Positions 38,517-49,545 are shown, counted from the first letter of the stretch. The stretch: DNA of 64,000 bases from Candidatus Muiribacterium halophilum (GCA_023228995.1 JALOAD010000002.1:86245-150244), one strand, 5' to 3'. Program-made: numbers and translations. The notes: generated by a model not told the origin, from the sequence alone.

Positions 38517-40316
38517 TTAGTATATTGCTGATTTGAGTTTTACATCAGATTTTTTGTTATATACAAGTGAGTTTAAAATTATTTTTCTAATGGTTGAATT
38601 TTTTAAAATTGAAACTAATTTAATAGTTCTATCATCTATATTATTTAATTCTATTGTTTTATTTAAGTAAATATTTAATTTTTCAAACAAATCTCTGGAT
38701 TTTGGATTTTTATCGATAAATTTTTTAATATATTTTGTTTCATCTATTGTGTTTATTATAAGTTCTCCAGTAATTGAAAAATAAATAATACAATTTCTAA
38801 TACCGGTTTCTGATATACCGGGAAAAGATATATTATTATGTGAAATATTATCATTTGTTATAAAATCCCCAAGTTCTTTAAGATAAGAATATTCTTTTTC
38901 AAAAAACATATCATCGCTATAAACAACCATATAGGAAACATTATATTTATTTTCTATATTTTCAATCAATGTATATTCGTTAAAAAAATTAAAATTAGAA
39001 CCTGAATTTTTGGCAAAAACTCCTGATAAAGTATTTTGTTCATTGGTGTTTCCATGAAAAATCAGTATGTTATCATTGTTTTCCAATGATTTTAATTTTA
39101 ATTTAATATTATTTTTTTGATAAGGATTTGAAATGTTTATTCTGTCAACTGTTCTAACATGAGATGAAAAACCACGATTTTCTTGGAAAAATTTTTCAGG
39201 TAAAATAAAATTAATCAAACCATCTTTGAATAAATTAGATGAAATATTTGTTGAATAAGGTCTGTTTTTAAAATTTAATCTATTATTTAAAAGATTATTA
39301 ACTATATTTTTAAAATCTGTAGAATTTTCTTTAATAATGTAACAAATACTTAGATTTTCATCTAAAATATCTTTTTTATCTATTGGTTTAATAACAGAAT
39401 CTTTTGATTTATTAGTATATTCCAATTCAAAAAAATCAGAATTTTCTTTATCAATAACAAGATAAATAAAAAAATGTCCTGTATTGTCTTTTATAAAAAC
39501 AATATCTATCATTCCATTAACAATTACAAAAGTATTTTGTTTAAATGATGAATTTTTATCTATAGAAACAGTAGATGGTAATATAATACTGTCATTAATA
39601 GGAATTTTTATAAAAGAATCTTCTATTGAATTTATATAATCACTTAATTTTTTATATTTTTCAAGATTTTCTGAATAAGAAAATAATTTATTTTTATTTA
39701 AAATAAAATTTGTATTAAAAAAACTATCTTCATTAAATGATAATTTATCTTGATAATTTATATCTTTATCAATAACAAAAGATTTTAAACTATTACTATT
39801 AAGATTAATCTGACTTTCTGAAATATAATAAAGATTTTTAAGTTCAAAATCATTATCTCTTTTATTAATATTATGTATTATGTTATTTGAAAGAGTTTCC
39901 CTATTATTAAAAACAGAAATATCAATATTAGTAAAAAGACTAGTTTGCCTTGAAATTTCTTTCATTTTTGAATAAAAGCTCTCTTCTCTTATTATCTGAG
40001 AAAGTGACATAGTATATTCTTTTATCTTTCTTATAGAAATTGCATTACCATCATTTATATTGAGTTCTTTTGTCAAAGATTCAAGTGAAAATATAATATT
40101 ATTAAATTTTTCTCTATCCCCCTGACTTCTTAATTTATTATATTCTTCTTCAATTCGTTGTTTTTTATATAAATTGCTAATATCACCAAGCATTTCGCCA
40201 ATACTAAGCGTTAATGATGAAACAAGACTATCAGGAGTAAGTTCAATCATATCTGAATAAGTTGAAACAAATATAAAAGCTAATATAAAAACTAATATGT
40301 TACATTTGTTTTTCAT
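38517..40316 (-). CDS. Hypothetical secreted protein (599 aa)
   Basis: Signal peptide, N/I/K-rich, no recognisable motifs. It sits within a tightly spaced minus-strand gene string. Confidence 0.45.
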   Translation of the reverse strand: MKNKCNILVFILAFIFVSTYSDMIELTPDSLVSSLTLSIGEMLGDISNLYKKQRIEEEYNKLRSQGDREKFNNIIFSLESLTKELNINDGNAISIRKIKEYTMSLSQIIREESFYSKMKEISRQTSLFTNIDISVFNNRETLSNNIIHNINKRDNDFELKNLYYISESQINLNSNSLKSFVIDKDINYQDKLSFNEDSFFNTNFILNKNKLFSYSENLEKYKKLSDYINSIEDSFIKIPINDSIILPSTVSIDKNSSFKQNTFVIVNGMIDIVFIKDNTGHFFIYLVIDKENSDFFELEYTNKSKDSVIKPIDKKDILDENLSICYIIKENSTDFKNIVNNLLNNRLNFKNRPYSTNISSNLFKDGLINFILPEKFFQENRGFSSHVRTVDRINISNPYQKNNIKLKLKSLENNDNILIFHGNTNEQNTLSGVFAKNSGSNFNFFNEYTLIENIENKYNVSYMVVYSDDMFFEKEYSYLKELGDFITNDNISHNNISFPGISETGIRNCIIYFSITGELIINTIDETKYIKKFIDKNPKSRDLFEKLNIYLNKTIELNNIDDRTIKLVSILKNSTIRKIILNSLVYNKKSDVKLKSAIY

Positions 40317-40331
40317 AAACTTATCACCTTT

Positions 40332-41273
40332 TTATTTTTTTGTAAGCATGTCAATTGTTTCTTTAACCCAATTGATTTTTCTATAACCATATATTCTATC
40401 AAGTCCATCAAGGTTAGATACTTCATAACCACCATTTGAAAGATCATAGTTATAAATGCCTCCAACAAATTCTTTTTCAATTACAATTTTGTACAATGTT
40501 TTATACAGAATTGTATCAATTCTTTTAGCAAGTGAAAAAACAACACCTTTTTCTGAAATAAGAGAAAAATCTCTATCAGTACCAATAATATATTTTTCGT
40601 TTTTTAAAGCTGCTTTTAAAACTCCAATTGCACTTCCCCCACAAGGTGCAAATATAACATCAATACCGTTTTTAAATAAATAATCTGCTTCATTATAAGC
40701 TTTTTGAGGATTAACAAAACCAACTATTGTTCTACTTATATTAAGTCTTGGAATTTTACCTTTAAACTCTGAATAAGTTAGTCCAGCTTGAAATCCATAA
40801 TAAAACTTATCAGAAAGGTAGGAATCTTGTGGCCCAATAAAACCAGGATTCCAGTTTTTAAAAAAAGAACCTGTCATAGCACCAGCAAGAAAAGCTGCTT
40901 GATAATCATCAAAAACAATAGACATTACATTAGGAAGATCAAGTGAATTATCAATTAATATGTATTTTTTTAGAAGATTTCTTGAAGCTTCGTTTTGTAT
41001 TGCTTCCCTATACATAAAACCTGCACCAATTATTATATCGCAATCAACTGAAAAATATTTAACATAAGCATTAAAAGATGTATTTTTATCAGGATAAACA
41101 TATTCAATGTCAATGTTTTTGTAATTATCAGAAAAAGATTGAATTCCAGATCTTACCATATATCCAAAAGTCGGGTCTTCTTTTGCAGCAAATGGCATAA
41201 GTACACCGATTTTTAATGAATATGAAAAAATTATAAAAAATAATAATATGTTAAAAAAAAGTATTTTTTTCAT
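40332..41273 (-). CDS. BMP-family (PnrA/Med-like) substrate-binding lipoprotein
   Basis: Signal peptide plus a BMP-family fold pattern (IGVLMP..., DCDIIIGAGF..., FAPCGGSAIG). No ABC permease or ATPase genes are adjacent. Confidence 0.65.
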   Translation of the reverse strand: MKKILFFNILLFFIIFSYSLKIGVLMPFAAKEDPTFGYMVRSGIQSFSDNYKNIDIEYVYPDKNTSFNAYVKYFSVDCDIIIGAGFMYREAIQNEASRNLLKKYILIDNSLDLPNVMSIVFDDYQAAFLAGAMTGSFFKNWNPGFIGPQDSYLSDKFYYGFQAGLTYSEFKGKIPRLNISRTIVGFVNPQKAYNEADYLFKNGIDVIFAPCGGSAIGVLKAALKNEKYIIGTDRDFSLISEKGVVFSLAKRIDTILYKTLYKIVIEKEFVGGIYNYDLSNGGYEVSNLDGLDRIYGYRKINWVKETIDMLTKK

Positions 41274-41309
41274 AGTTATATAATAATATCAAAAGTAAAA
41301 AAAAACAAG

Positions 41310-42974
41310 TTATAGATTTTTGTTAATCATTAATATATTTTTATTAAATAAAGTTAGTCCATTATTATCAATTGTATTAAATTTTAATAAATTATTATTT
41401 TGTAATTTTATATTTTTAAAAACAACTGAAATTTTTTCACCATATTCAGATTTACATGGTATTGATTTTTTAATAGAATAATCATTAAGTATAACTTCTA
41501 ATTGTCCTCTATTTTCATTTTGAGTACAACAATAAAATTCAATTAAAATATTTGAAGTTTTTTCAACACTTTTAAAATTATATTCGATATATCCATTGAA
41601 TCTTCCAACTAAATGAGCAATTTCTTCTATTTCATCCCAATAATTTAGCTGAATTGGTTCAAATTCACCTTTTGAATAATCTTTTATATTTATATTTATT
41701 TTATCTTCTAAAAAATAACAATCAGTTTGATATTTTTGAGGTTTTATACCAGTATTTTTAAAATAAAAATCAAAAAGTTCTTTATCAGGTATTTTTGAAT
41801 AATTTTTATCAATTATATTGAATTTATGATTTGAAAAATCAGATTTATCATAACCTATTTCTTCGCTTATTAAAGTTCCTGGAATATTTCTAAAAAATGA
41901 AATTCCATAATTAATTTTCTTTTTTTTTAATTTATTTATTAAAATTTGTGTATTTTCAAGATCTTTAATAGTTTCCTCTGGAAATCCACATATAAATAAA
42001 ATATAAGGTTTTATGCTATTTGATATTAAAATATCTATTTTTTCGGACAATTCAGATAAATCAATATTTTTATTTATATAATCTAAAATCTTTAAACTTC
42101 CACTTTCAATACCAATATCAAGTCTAAAACAACCTGTTTTTTTTAATAACCATGCTTTTTCTTCATCAATTTGATCTAATCTTGAATGAGCACGATATTT
42201 TATATTTATTTTATTTTTTTCAAATTCTTTATATATATCTTTTAAATTTTCAGCTGAAAAAGTAAAAATATCATCTTCAAAAGAAAAATGATTTATTCCT
42301 TTTTTGTTAAAAAAGATAATATCGTCAATAAATGAATTTAAAGCTCTTTTGTGAATTTTATTTTGATAAAAACTTGGATTTATACAAAATCTACAGTTTC
42401 CTACACAACCGCGAGTTAAAAACATTAATGCAGTTTTATATCCATCAGGATTTTGTTTATCTGAAAAAGCAGTTTCTTTATAAATACCAAGATTAGGATA
42501 ATTATAATATGGAAGAGTTTTTAAATTTTCAATATTATATAAATTAGATTCATTGTTTTTTATAACCCAGTTTTTCTTAAATAAAATTATTCCATTTATC
42601 ATTTCAACAGGTAATTTTTTTACAAATAAATCTTCTATTGCACCAAAGTTATTATTCATAATAATTGCGTCAAATATACCATTTGAATTATAGGCAAAAT
42701 AATTCCAATATTCATGAAAAAATAATATAAAAATTTTATTTTTACTATTTTTTCTTAAATTTTCACAATATTTAATAACAGAATTTTCTCTTGAAGTTAT
42801 TATTATTGTTTTTAAATGTTTTGTTTCTGGCATTTTTAAATTAGAATCAATCTCAATTATATTGTGTTCAATAGAGCTTTTTTGCAATATTGAAGAAATT
42901 ACAAGAAGATTAAGAATTTCATTTCTTCCATAAAGAGATGATGGATTATAATTTATTAAAATCATACTATTCAT
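41310..42974 (-). CDS. B12-binding-domain radical SAM protein (class B-like)
   Basis: An N-terminal ~180-aa region precedes the CX3CX2C motif 'LTRGCVGNCRFCINP', matching the cobalamin-binding radical SAM architecture. Confidence 0.7.
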   Translation of the reverse strand: MNSMILINYNPSSLYGRNEILNLLVISSILQKSSIEHNIIEIDSNLKMPETKHLKTIIITSRENSVIKYCENLRKNSKNKIFILFFHEYWNYFAYNSNGIFDAIIMNNNFGAIEDLFVKKLPVEMINGIILFKKNWVIKNNESNLYNIENLKTLPYYNYPNLGIYKETAFSDKQNPDGYKTALMFLTRGCVGNCRFCINPSFYQNKIHKRALNSFIDDIIFFNKKGINHFSFEDDIFTFSAENLKDIYKEFEKNKINIKYRAHSRLDQIDEEKAWLLKKTGCFRLDIGIESGSLKILDYINKNIDLSELSEKIDILISNSIKPYILFICGFPEETIKDLENTQILINKLKKKKINYGISFFRNIPGTLISEEIGYDKSDFSNHKFNIIDKNYSKIPDKELFDFYFKNTGIKPQKYQTDCYFLEDKININIKDYSKGEFEPIQLNYWDEIEEIAHLVGRFNGYIEYNFKSVEKTSNILIEFYCCTQNENRGQLEVILNDYSIKKSIPCKSEYGEKISVVFKNIKLQNNNLLKFNTIDNNGLTLFNKNILMINKNL

Positions 42975-44032
42975 TTAAGAAAAGGAAATATAACAGTATA
43001 ATAATCGCCATAAAGTTTTCCTACTATCATTGAAAATATAATTACCATAGCAAGATAACTTGATGCTCTTTTAATTCCCATTATTTTTCTAATTGCAAAA
43101 AAAGTCGGAAGACTTACAGCTGGTCCTGCAAGCAATAATGTTAAAGCTGGTCCCTGATGAAGTCCCATTGCAACAAGTCCTGCAACAAATGGCACAGATA
43201 CACATGAACCAAAATACATTAATGCAGCAGCTAATGATGCTATAAAATTTGCAGTCCATGTATTTCCAGTAACCCAAAATAATATTGTACTTCTATCTGC
43301 ATTAAAATAAGTTTCTAAAACTCCAATCATAAAAACACCAATTACCATAGGAAGAGCAATTTTTGAAAAGAAATGCCATGTACTTTTAAGCCATTTTTTA
43401 ATTTCAGTTTTGTTAAGAAACAAATAAGATACAATACATAATAAAATAAAATTAATTAAGTATAAATTCCATTTTAAAGTATTTGATATTTTTGATGCTG
43501 GTAAAAAAGTAAATGTAAATAAAAGTGCAAAAACTGAAAAAGTTTGCCACCATTTTCTATTATTATCTTCAATTGGTTTTGGTTCTTTATCTAAAACAGG
43601 TTTATTTTTTTCAAAGAAAAGTGAAAATAAAAATCCAATTAAATAAGCACCAATAAAAGTTACTATAATTCTTACAACTCCCATTTTTGCACCTAATAGT
43701 AAAAATGTAAGAGTTATTGCTGTTATATTTATTGCAGGCCCTGAAAAAAGAAAAGTTATTGCAGGTCCAAGTCCAGCTCCTGATATGTAAATGCCTGAAA
43801 AAAGCGGCACAATACCGCATGCACAAACTGATAGACAAATACCAACAACTGATGCAAAACTATAAGATACAAATTTATTTGATTCAGGTCCCATATATTT
43901 TAATATTTTAAATTTATTAACGAGTGAACCAATTGCTCCTGATAATAAAAATGCTGGTATTAGAATAAATATGTGATCAATAAAAAAATTCACTACATTT
44001 ATTCCACCTGCTTTAATTAAACTTCCTAACAT
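42971..44032 (-). CDS. COG0701/DUF318-family permease
   Basis: About 8-10 TM segments with a vicinal-Cys motif 'LSVCACGIVPLFSG' typical of YraQ/ArsP-like permeases. There is a 4-bp overlap with the downstream rSAM gene. Confidence 0.55.
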   Translation of the reverse strand: MLGSLIKAGGINVVNFFIDHIFILIPAFLLSGAIGSLVNKFKILKYMGPESNKFVSYSFASVVGICLSVCACGIVPLFSGIYISGAGLGPAITFLFSGPAINITAITLTFLLLGAKMGVVRIIVTFIGAYLIGFLFSLFFEKNKPVLDKEPKPIEDNNRKWWQTFSVFALLFTFTFLPASKISNTLKWNLYLINFILLCIVSYLFLNKTEIKKWLKSTWHFFSKIALPMVIGVFMIGVLETYFNADRSTILFWVTGNTWTANFIASLAAALMYFGSCVSVPFVAGLVAMGLHQGPALTLLLAGPAVSLPTFFAIRKIMGIKRASSYLAMVIIFSMIVGKLYGDYYTVIFPFLK

Positions 44033-44113
44033 TTTTTCTCCTTTTTATCGAAATCTTTTGATTTATATAAATGTTAATTTTATACAAAAGTTTCAATATG
44101 TTATAATTTTTTT

Positions 44114-44476
44114 ATGAATAATCTTTATATTATATTACTTGAAAACAAAAAAAATGTTTCTAAAAATATCGGTAAAAAAGGAATTTTTTTATTTTCACCC
44201 GGATACTATATTTATATCGGAAGTGCAAAAAAAAATCCAATGGCAAGAATTGAAAGACATTTAAAAAAAGAAAAAAAACTTTTTTGGCATATTGATTATA
44301 TAACTAGTTTTATGGAAATCAGAAAAGTATTATTATTTCGCTTTGTTGAATTTACTGAATGTGAACTTGCTCAAAATATTTTTAACGAATTTAAGGTTGA
44401 ATTTCCAGGTAAAGGTCTTGGTTCTTCAGATTGTAAATGTTATTCGCATTTTGCAAAGATAAATGAAAAAGTATAA
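44114..44476 (+). CDS. DUF123 (GIY-YIG-superfamily) protein
   Basis: 'SPGYYIYIGSAKKN...RIERHLKKEKKLFWHIDYIT' matches the DUF123/Uri-like motif GxYxYxGSA...RxxRH...HWHIDYL. Confidence 0.6.
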   Translation: MNNLYIILLENKKNVSKNIGKKGIFLFSPGYYIYIGSAKKNPMARIERHLKKEKKLFWHIDYITSFMEIRKVLLFRFVEFTECELAQNIFNEFKVEFPGKGLGSSDCKCYSHFAKINEKV

Positions 44477-44598
44477 AAACGGTATGTGAAGCGGTATATA
44501 AAGCGTATAAGAGCGGTATAAAAGATTTTTACCGAATTTATACTCATATACTCGTATACTTTTATACTTTTTTTATTTGGTATAACCAAATAAAAAAC

Positions 44599-45948
44599 TT
44601 ATTTCTTTTTTTCTCTTTCTCTTAAAAACATTAAATAATCTAGATTTCTTACACCATAATCAATGTCATAATACATTAATATATTTACCATAGATATTGA
44701 AATTGTAAAACCTATTCCATAAAATCTAACTGAGGAAAGTGAATAATATGAAATAACTGAATTTAAAACAAAAAATATAAAAGTGTTTTTAGCAATATTT
44801 TTATGGGAATCAAGATAATATAATAATAATGTTTGATAAATATATATAGCAAGAGATAAATTTCCAATTGTTAAAATTTTAAAAATATGTGAATATTCCA
44901 AAAATCTAAAAAGATATTTTGAATAAAAAATTAATACAAATGTTAAAAGGCCATGATATATTATTATCATTCCATAACCATCTTTTATGCTTAAAATAGT
45001 GTTTTCTTTAGCTTTAATAATTTCATTTATGCTTTTTTTTAAAAGTAATGATTTTGTAAATTTATGAAATTTTTCTGCAATGTCAGTTTCTATACTTATA
45101 GTTATTATTGCAAGAATTGGTAGTAAAAAAAGAGTAGATACAAAATAATTTATATCATAAATTGGATTATAATAAAAAAAATCTCCAACACTTATACTTT
45201 CCTTTGCAAAAAACCAGAATACTATTTTATCAGCCCATAGAGCTATATAATAAAAAAAGCCTGCAAGCCCTAACCATATTTTTTTTGCATATTTCAAAAA
45301 TTCAAAAGATATTAAATTTTTTGAAGGATATCTTTGATATATCATTATAATAAGCATAATTGAAACAGCAGTATATGAAATATTATAAAATAGTATTATT
45401 GATTGAAATCCTAATATTGGATAAAAAATATATATCATTATAAAACTTAAAAATGTTATGCTAAAAAAATACAAAGTTACTTTTTTATAGTTTTTTAAAA
45501 TTGACATTGTACTAAATAAAGGCCAAAATATTAAATTTACTACACAAAATGAACTAATTAGAATTCTAATTTCTTGACTAAAACTTGGAGAATATATGTA
45601 AATTAGTATTGCTGGTAAAATTGATATAATACCACATACAATTACAGCTCCGATTATTGATGGAAATATAATATCAAATCTTTCTTCAAATTCCATGTCA
45701 GAACAGAATCTTATAAGAATTGATTGAATAGGACTTGATAATATAAGAGATATTGCAAGTATATAGGTTATTATAATAAATGATACAAGTGATTCTCCTC
45801 CAGCCACAAAGTAAAGCAGAGAAAGATTTATCATAGATATAACCCATGGACCGCTTATAAAAACAAAAGCACTAAAAAAACTCTTTAAATAAGAGTAAAA
45901 AGTATCTTCTGTTAATATTTTTCTTAATTCAAAACCTATTCCAGCCAT
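44599..45948 (-). CDS. pelG: PelG-like polysaccharide exporter (12-TM MOP/MATE-like)
   Basis: N-terminus 'MAGIGFELRKIL', which I recall as the PelG start. About 12 TM segments. The 13-bp overlap with the upstream pelF fragment indicates translational coupling. Confidence 0.7.
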   Translation of the reverse strand: MAGIGFELRKILTEDTFYSYLKSFFSAFVFISGPWVISMINLSLLYFVAGGESLVSFIIITYILAISLILSSPIQSILIRFCSDMEFEERFDIIFPSIIGAVIVCGIISILPAILIYIYSPSFSQEIRILISSFCVVNLIFWPLFSTMSILKNYKKVTLYFFSITFLSFIMIYIFYPILGFQSIILFYNISYTAVSIMLIIMIYQRYPSKNLISFEFLKYAKKIWLGLAGFFYYIALWADKIVFWFFAKESISVGDFFYYNPIYDINYFVSTLFLLPILAIITISIETDIAEKFHKFTKSLLLKKSINEIIKAKENTILSIKDGYGMIIIYHGLLTFVLIFYSKYLFRFLEYSHIFKILTIGNLSLAIYIYQTLLLYYLDSHKNIAKNTFIFFVLNSVISYYSLSSVRFYGIGFTISISMVNILMYYDIDYGVRNLDYLMFLREREKKK

Positions 45949-47421
45949 TTTTTATAATAACTCCTATATTGTTCTGTAACTTTTTTTAGATTGTAGAATT
46001 TATTAACTCTTTCAAAAGCATTATCCTGATATTTTTTATATAGTTTTTTATCTTCTATTAGTTTTATAATATTTAAAGATAATGAATTTATATCCATAAC
46101 AGGTGATATTTCCCCAGCATTTCCAATATTTATATCGTTTTCAAATTCTGGATTTCCAAGTATTACATCGCTGCATCCACCAACATTTGTACAAATTGCT
46201 GGAATTTTTGAAGAAAATCCTTCAAGTATTACAAGAGGTAATCCTTCTGAAATGCTTGTAAGTATAAGAAGATCTATTTCATATAATTTTTTTGAAAGAT
46301 CAACTCTTCCAGTGAATTGAACTTTATCTTCTATTTTTAATATTTTTACAAAATCTTTGCATATATTGTAATAATCAATATCTTCTTCAAAAGGACCTAC
46401 TATTTCAAATTTTATATCAGGATGTTTTGATAATACTGAAAACGCTACTTTTATAAAAGTAAGAATATCTTTTACAGGAACGACTCTACCAATTAATGCA
46501 ATTTTTTTTATGCTATCTCTATTTTTTATGCAAGGAGCGAACTTTTCAATTTCTATTCCGTTTGGAATTATTAATAATTTTTCTATAAGTGCTCCTTCAT
46601 TTTTTTGAGTAAGCATATTTCCTCTTGTAATACTAAAAATATTTTTTGAATAATTGTAAGCAATCTTACTTAAAATAATAAAAAAACCAATCCAAAGTTT
46701 TTTAAAAAAAAACAGCTTTATCTATTTCAAATATACTGTTTACTTTATCAGAAAATATCCACTCACTTTGATTTATATCAATTTTTCTTTCTCTAGTATA
46801 TATTCCATGTTCTGTAAGAATAAAAGGTTTTTCTCGAATTATTGAAACAACAGAACCTGCAAATCCTGCATAACCTGTCGATACACTGTGGTAAATTTCG
46901 CTTTGAGGTATTTTTTTTATAAAACTCATTATTTTTAAAAAAGGTTCACATATAAAACCAACATTCCAATATAAATCCATAAATGAATTATCATCTGCAT
47001 ATTTTTTTGCAAGATCTACAACCATTGAATAAAAATATTTACTATTAAAAATATTTTCATTATTTGGAGATATTTTAATGAAATATTTAAGCCATTCTTC
47101 TAGCTTATTATTAAAATTTTCTTTATTTAAAATATTTTCCATTAAATCATGAGTTTTTATAAAAAATTCAAGTGGAATTTTTTTATTATCAGCTTTTAAA
47201 TTTTTATCAAAAAGAAATAATTCTTTATATTCAATAAGATTTTTAGGAAAATCATAATTTTTATTTAAGCAATCTTCTTTTTTACTCCCAATAAAAAAAA
47301 CCGAAAAACTAATATCAGGCATATTACTTATAATCTTATGTATCCAGTCGCCAACTCCACCTCGAACATAAGGATAAGAACCTTCACTTATAATACAAAC
47401 ATTACTTTTTATAATTCCCAA
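45936..47421 (-). pseudogene. pelF: PelF-like GT4 glycosyltransferase split into two ORFs (46702-47421 N-terminal DUF3492-like domain; 45936-46616 C-terminal GT4 domain) by a frameshift in a T9 (coding strand) homopolymer
   Basis: The N-terminal fragment carries 'ISEGSYPYVRGGVGDW' (PelF/DUF3492-like). The C-terminal fragment carries the GT4 core 'GRVVPVKD...GLPLVILEGFSSKIPAICTNVGG'. On the coding strand AVFF* ends inside gctg-T9-A6. Removing or adding one T gives a continuous ~494-aa reading frame through 'KKLWIGFFIILSKIAYNYSKNIFSITRGNMLTQ'. Confidence 0.7.
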
Positions 47422-48320
47422 AAACCTACCACCTCTTTTAGTTTTTCATTAAGTTCTCTTTCTTTTGAAAGCCAACTTAAAATATCAATCATCTTTTTAT
47501 ACTCTCCTTCATAGAAAAATATTTCTGCAAGATATGAAATAGTATTTGCATTAGGAGTATCGCTGATCATTAATTTACCAAACCACATCTTTGCTTCTCT
47601 ATACATTCCATCGTTAAGATAAAATTTGCCAAGTAGAAAATAAATTTCATTATACTCATCATCATTTTCTTCCATAAATTCAAGCATTAAAGTACAAGCT
47701 TTTCTTGTATAATACTTTCTTAAATTTTCTGTTGCATAACCAAAATAGCAATAATTAAAATAAGAATTACATAATGAAATAAGTTTTTTTACATTTTTTT
47801 TTGTTTCATATTCTTTAGAGGTTTTTTTAATGTTTTTTAAAAGCAACTCTTCTTTATGGCTTATTGTTGAAGAAGAAATTATTTGCGATTCTACATTATT
47901 ACTTCTTCCTAGATTTTTTAAAAAATATAGAGAATGATTTTCTGGAAATAATTTTTCTCTATAAGTATAAAAAATAAGATCATTATCAATTTTTATAGTT
48001 TGATTAATGTTTTTTATAATTTTTTCTTCAGGAAGATAGAATGTTTCATATTTTAATTCTTTTAATTTGTCATAATCTTTTTGTAAATAATAAATTAATA
48101 TCAAAACAAATGGCGAAGAAAATATTATAATACTTCCTGGAAATAAAATAAGTAATAATACTTTTTTATTTTTTGAATAAAAAATTCCAATAAATAATGT
48201 AAAAACAATTAGAAAAAAATGAATTTTAAGATAATAATTCATTAAGTTCACCCGGACTTGGTATTTCTGGATTTTTTGTATCATTTGAATATTCCATAAA
48301 TAATAAATTATAATCTTCAC
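47409..48320 (-). CDS. pelE: PelE-like small TPR membrane protein
   Basis: N-terminal TM helices followed by TPR-like C-terminal repeats (YLAEIFFYEGEYKKMIDIL), in pel-operon context. The true start is probably Met at ~48242, giving a 17-bp overlap with pelD. Confidence 0.45.
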   Translation of the reverse strand: MKIIIYYLWNIQMIQKIQKYQVRVNLMNYYLKIHFFLIVFTLFIGIFYSKNKKVLLLILFPGSIIIFSSPFVLILIYYLQKDYDKLKELKYETFYLPEEKIIKNINQTIKIDNDLIFYTYREKLFPENHSLYFLKNLGRSNNVESQIISSSTISHKEELLLKNIKKTSKEYETKKNVKKLISLCNSYFNYCYFGYATENLRKYYTRKACTLMLEFMEENDDEYNEIYFLLGKFYLNDGMYREAKMWFGKLMISDTPNANTISYLAEIFFYEGEYKKMIDILSWLSKERELNEKLKEVVGFWEL

Positions 48321-49545
48321 TTGTTAAAAAAATTTCTTCAAGAGCATGTTCAAGCTTAGAATTAAAAACAGTTTTAGAAGATGAATCCATAAGATTTAGA
48401 CATATTCCAATTAAATGATTTTCATCATCTAATATAGCTATAAAGTCTGAAGAAAATAATATATTTCTTATTTTTAATACAGTTTGATCAAGTAAATCCG
48501 CATTATTTATTTTTATAAAAGCAAGTGTAAATATATATCCTGGAAATTTTTGAACATAATTAATATAAGTAAATACTTTTTCGTAAAAATATTTACCTGT
48601 ATAAATAAGAAGTTCTTTTGAATAGAAATTATCATTATTAGCTAGAGGAAGAAATTCTTTTTCATATATAACATCAGCAATAAGAGTCAAAACTGTATTT
48701 ATAAGCGATATATTATAATCATTCATTGCTACAAAAGATATTTTCTTTACAATAAGAATTCCTAAAAAATTATTTTTTTTGTAAATTATAGGTATAGCCA
48801 TGATTATTGAATCAGGTTTAAGTGTTTCACCGGGATTTTTTAATATATCTTTTATAGTTATTATAGTATGTTTTTCAATACAAAGCTTTATTATAGTACA
48901 GTTTTTTACATCCAATTCTTTATTATAATCCATATAATTACCAGAAACTGCTTTTAATATAAACTTTTCATCTTTCAACAAATAAATCCCAGCATCAAGA
49001 ATACTATTATGTCTATTAAAAAAATAAAGTGTTTCAGAATAAAGTGCTTCTATTGAAGTTTGTTTTAACACCTTATAATCATTTAATATTGTGTTTATCT
49101 GAGCGTTTATAATTATCATTTTCCTTGTTATATTTTCATAAGCTTTATTTAATAATATATATTTTTTACTTATTTCATTAAGTTTTTCATTAACTTCATT
49201 TAAAGCACCTTCTGCTTTCCATTTACTTCGTATATTTTTAGTTGCAATATCTGATGAAAACATTGTCAATAATATCATTAAAAAAATATTAGAATAATCA
49301 TGGAAATTTAGTTTTTCACTTAATGAGAATTTTATATATAATATCCAAAATGTTGTTGATACTGTAATTACCCATGGAGCAAGTGTTGAACCATATTTAA
49401 CTCCTATAAGAATTGCCGGAATAAAAAATATAGTAATATAATCTAGTTTAAAACCGTAAAATTCAAATAAAACAGTGTTTACTGTAAATATAATAAATAC
49501 AGTAAGTATATTCCATAATAATTTCTTTCTTATTTCTTTATTCAA
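48226..49545 (-). CDS. pelD: PelD-like inner-membrane protein (4 TM + cytoplasmic domains)
   Basis: Four N-terminal TM helices, a coiled-coil, then a ~250-aa cytoplasmic region, in the syntenic position between pelB and pelE. I could not identify a canonical RxxD I-site. Confidence 0.45.
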   Translation of the reverse strand: MNKEIRKKLLWNILTVFIIFTVNTVLFEFYGFKLDYITIFFIPAILIGVKYGSTLAPWVITVSTTFWILYIKFSLSEKLNFHDYSNIFLMILLTMFSSDIATKNIRSKWKAEGALNEVNEKLNEISKKYILLNKAYENITRKMIIINAQINTILNDYKVLKQTSIEALYSETLYFFNRHNSILDAGIYLLKDEKFILKAVSGNYMDYNKELDVKNCTIIKLCIEKHTIITIKDILKNPGETLKPDSIIMAIPIIYKKNNFLGILIVKKISFVAMNDYNISLINTVLTLIADVIYEKEFLPLANNDNFYSKELLIYTGKYFYEKVFTYINYVQKFPGYIFTLAFIKINNADLLDQTVLKIRNILFSSDFIAILDDENHLIGICLNLMDSSSKTVFNSKLEHALEEIFLTSEDYNLLFMEYSNDTKNPEIPSPGELNELLS

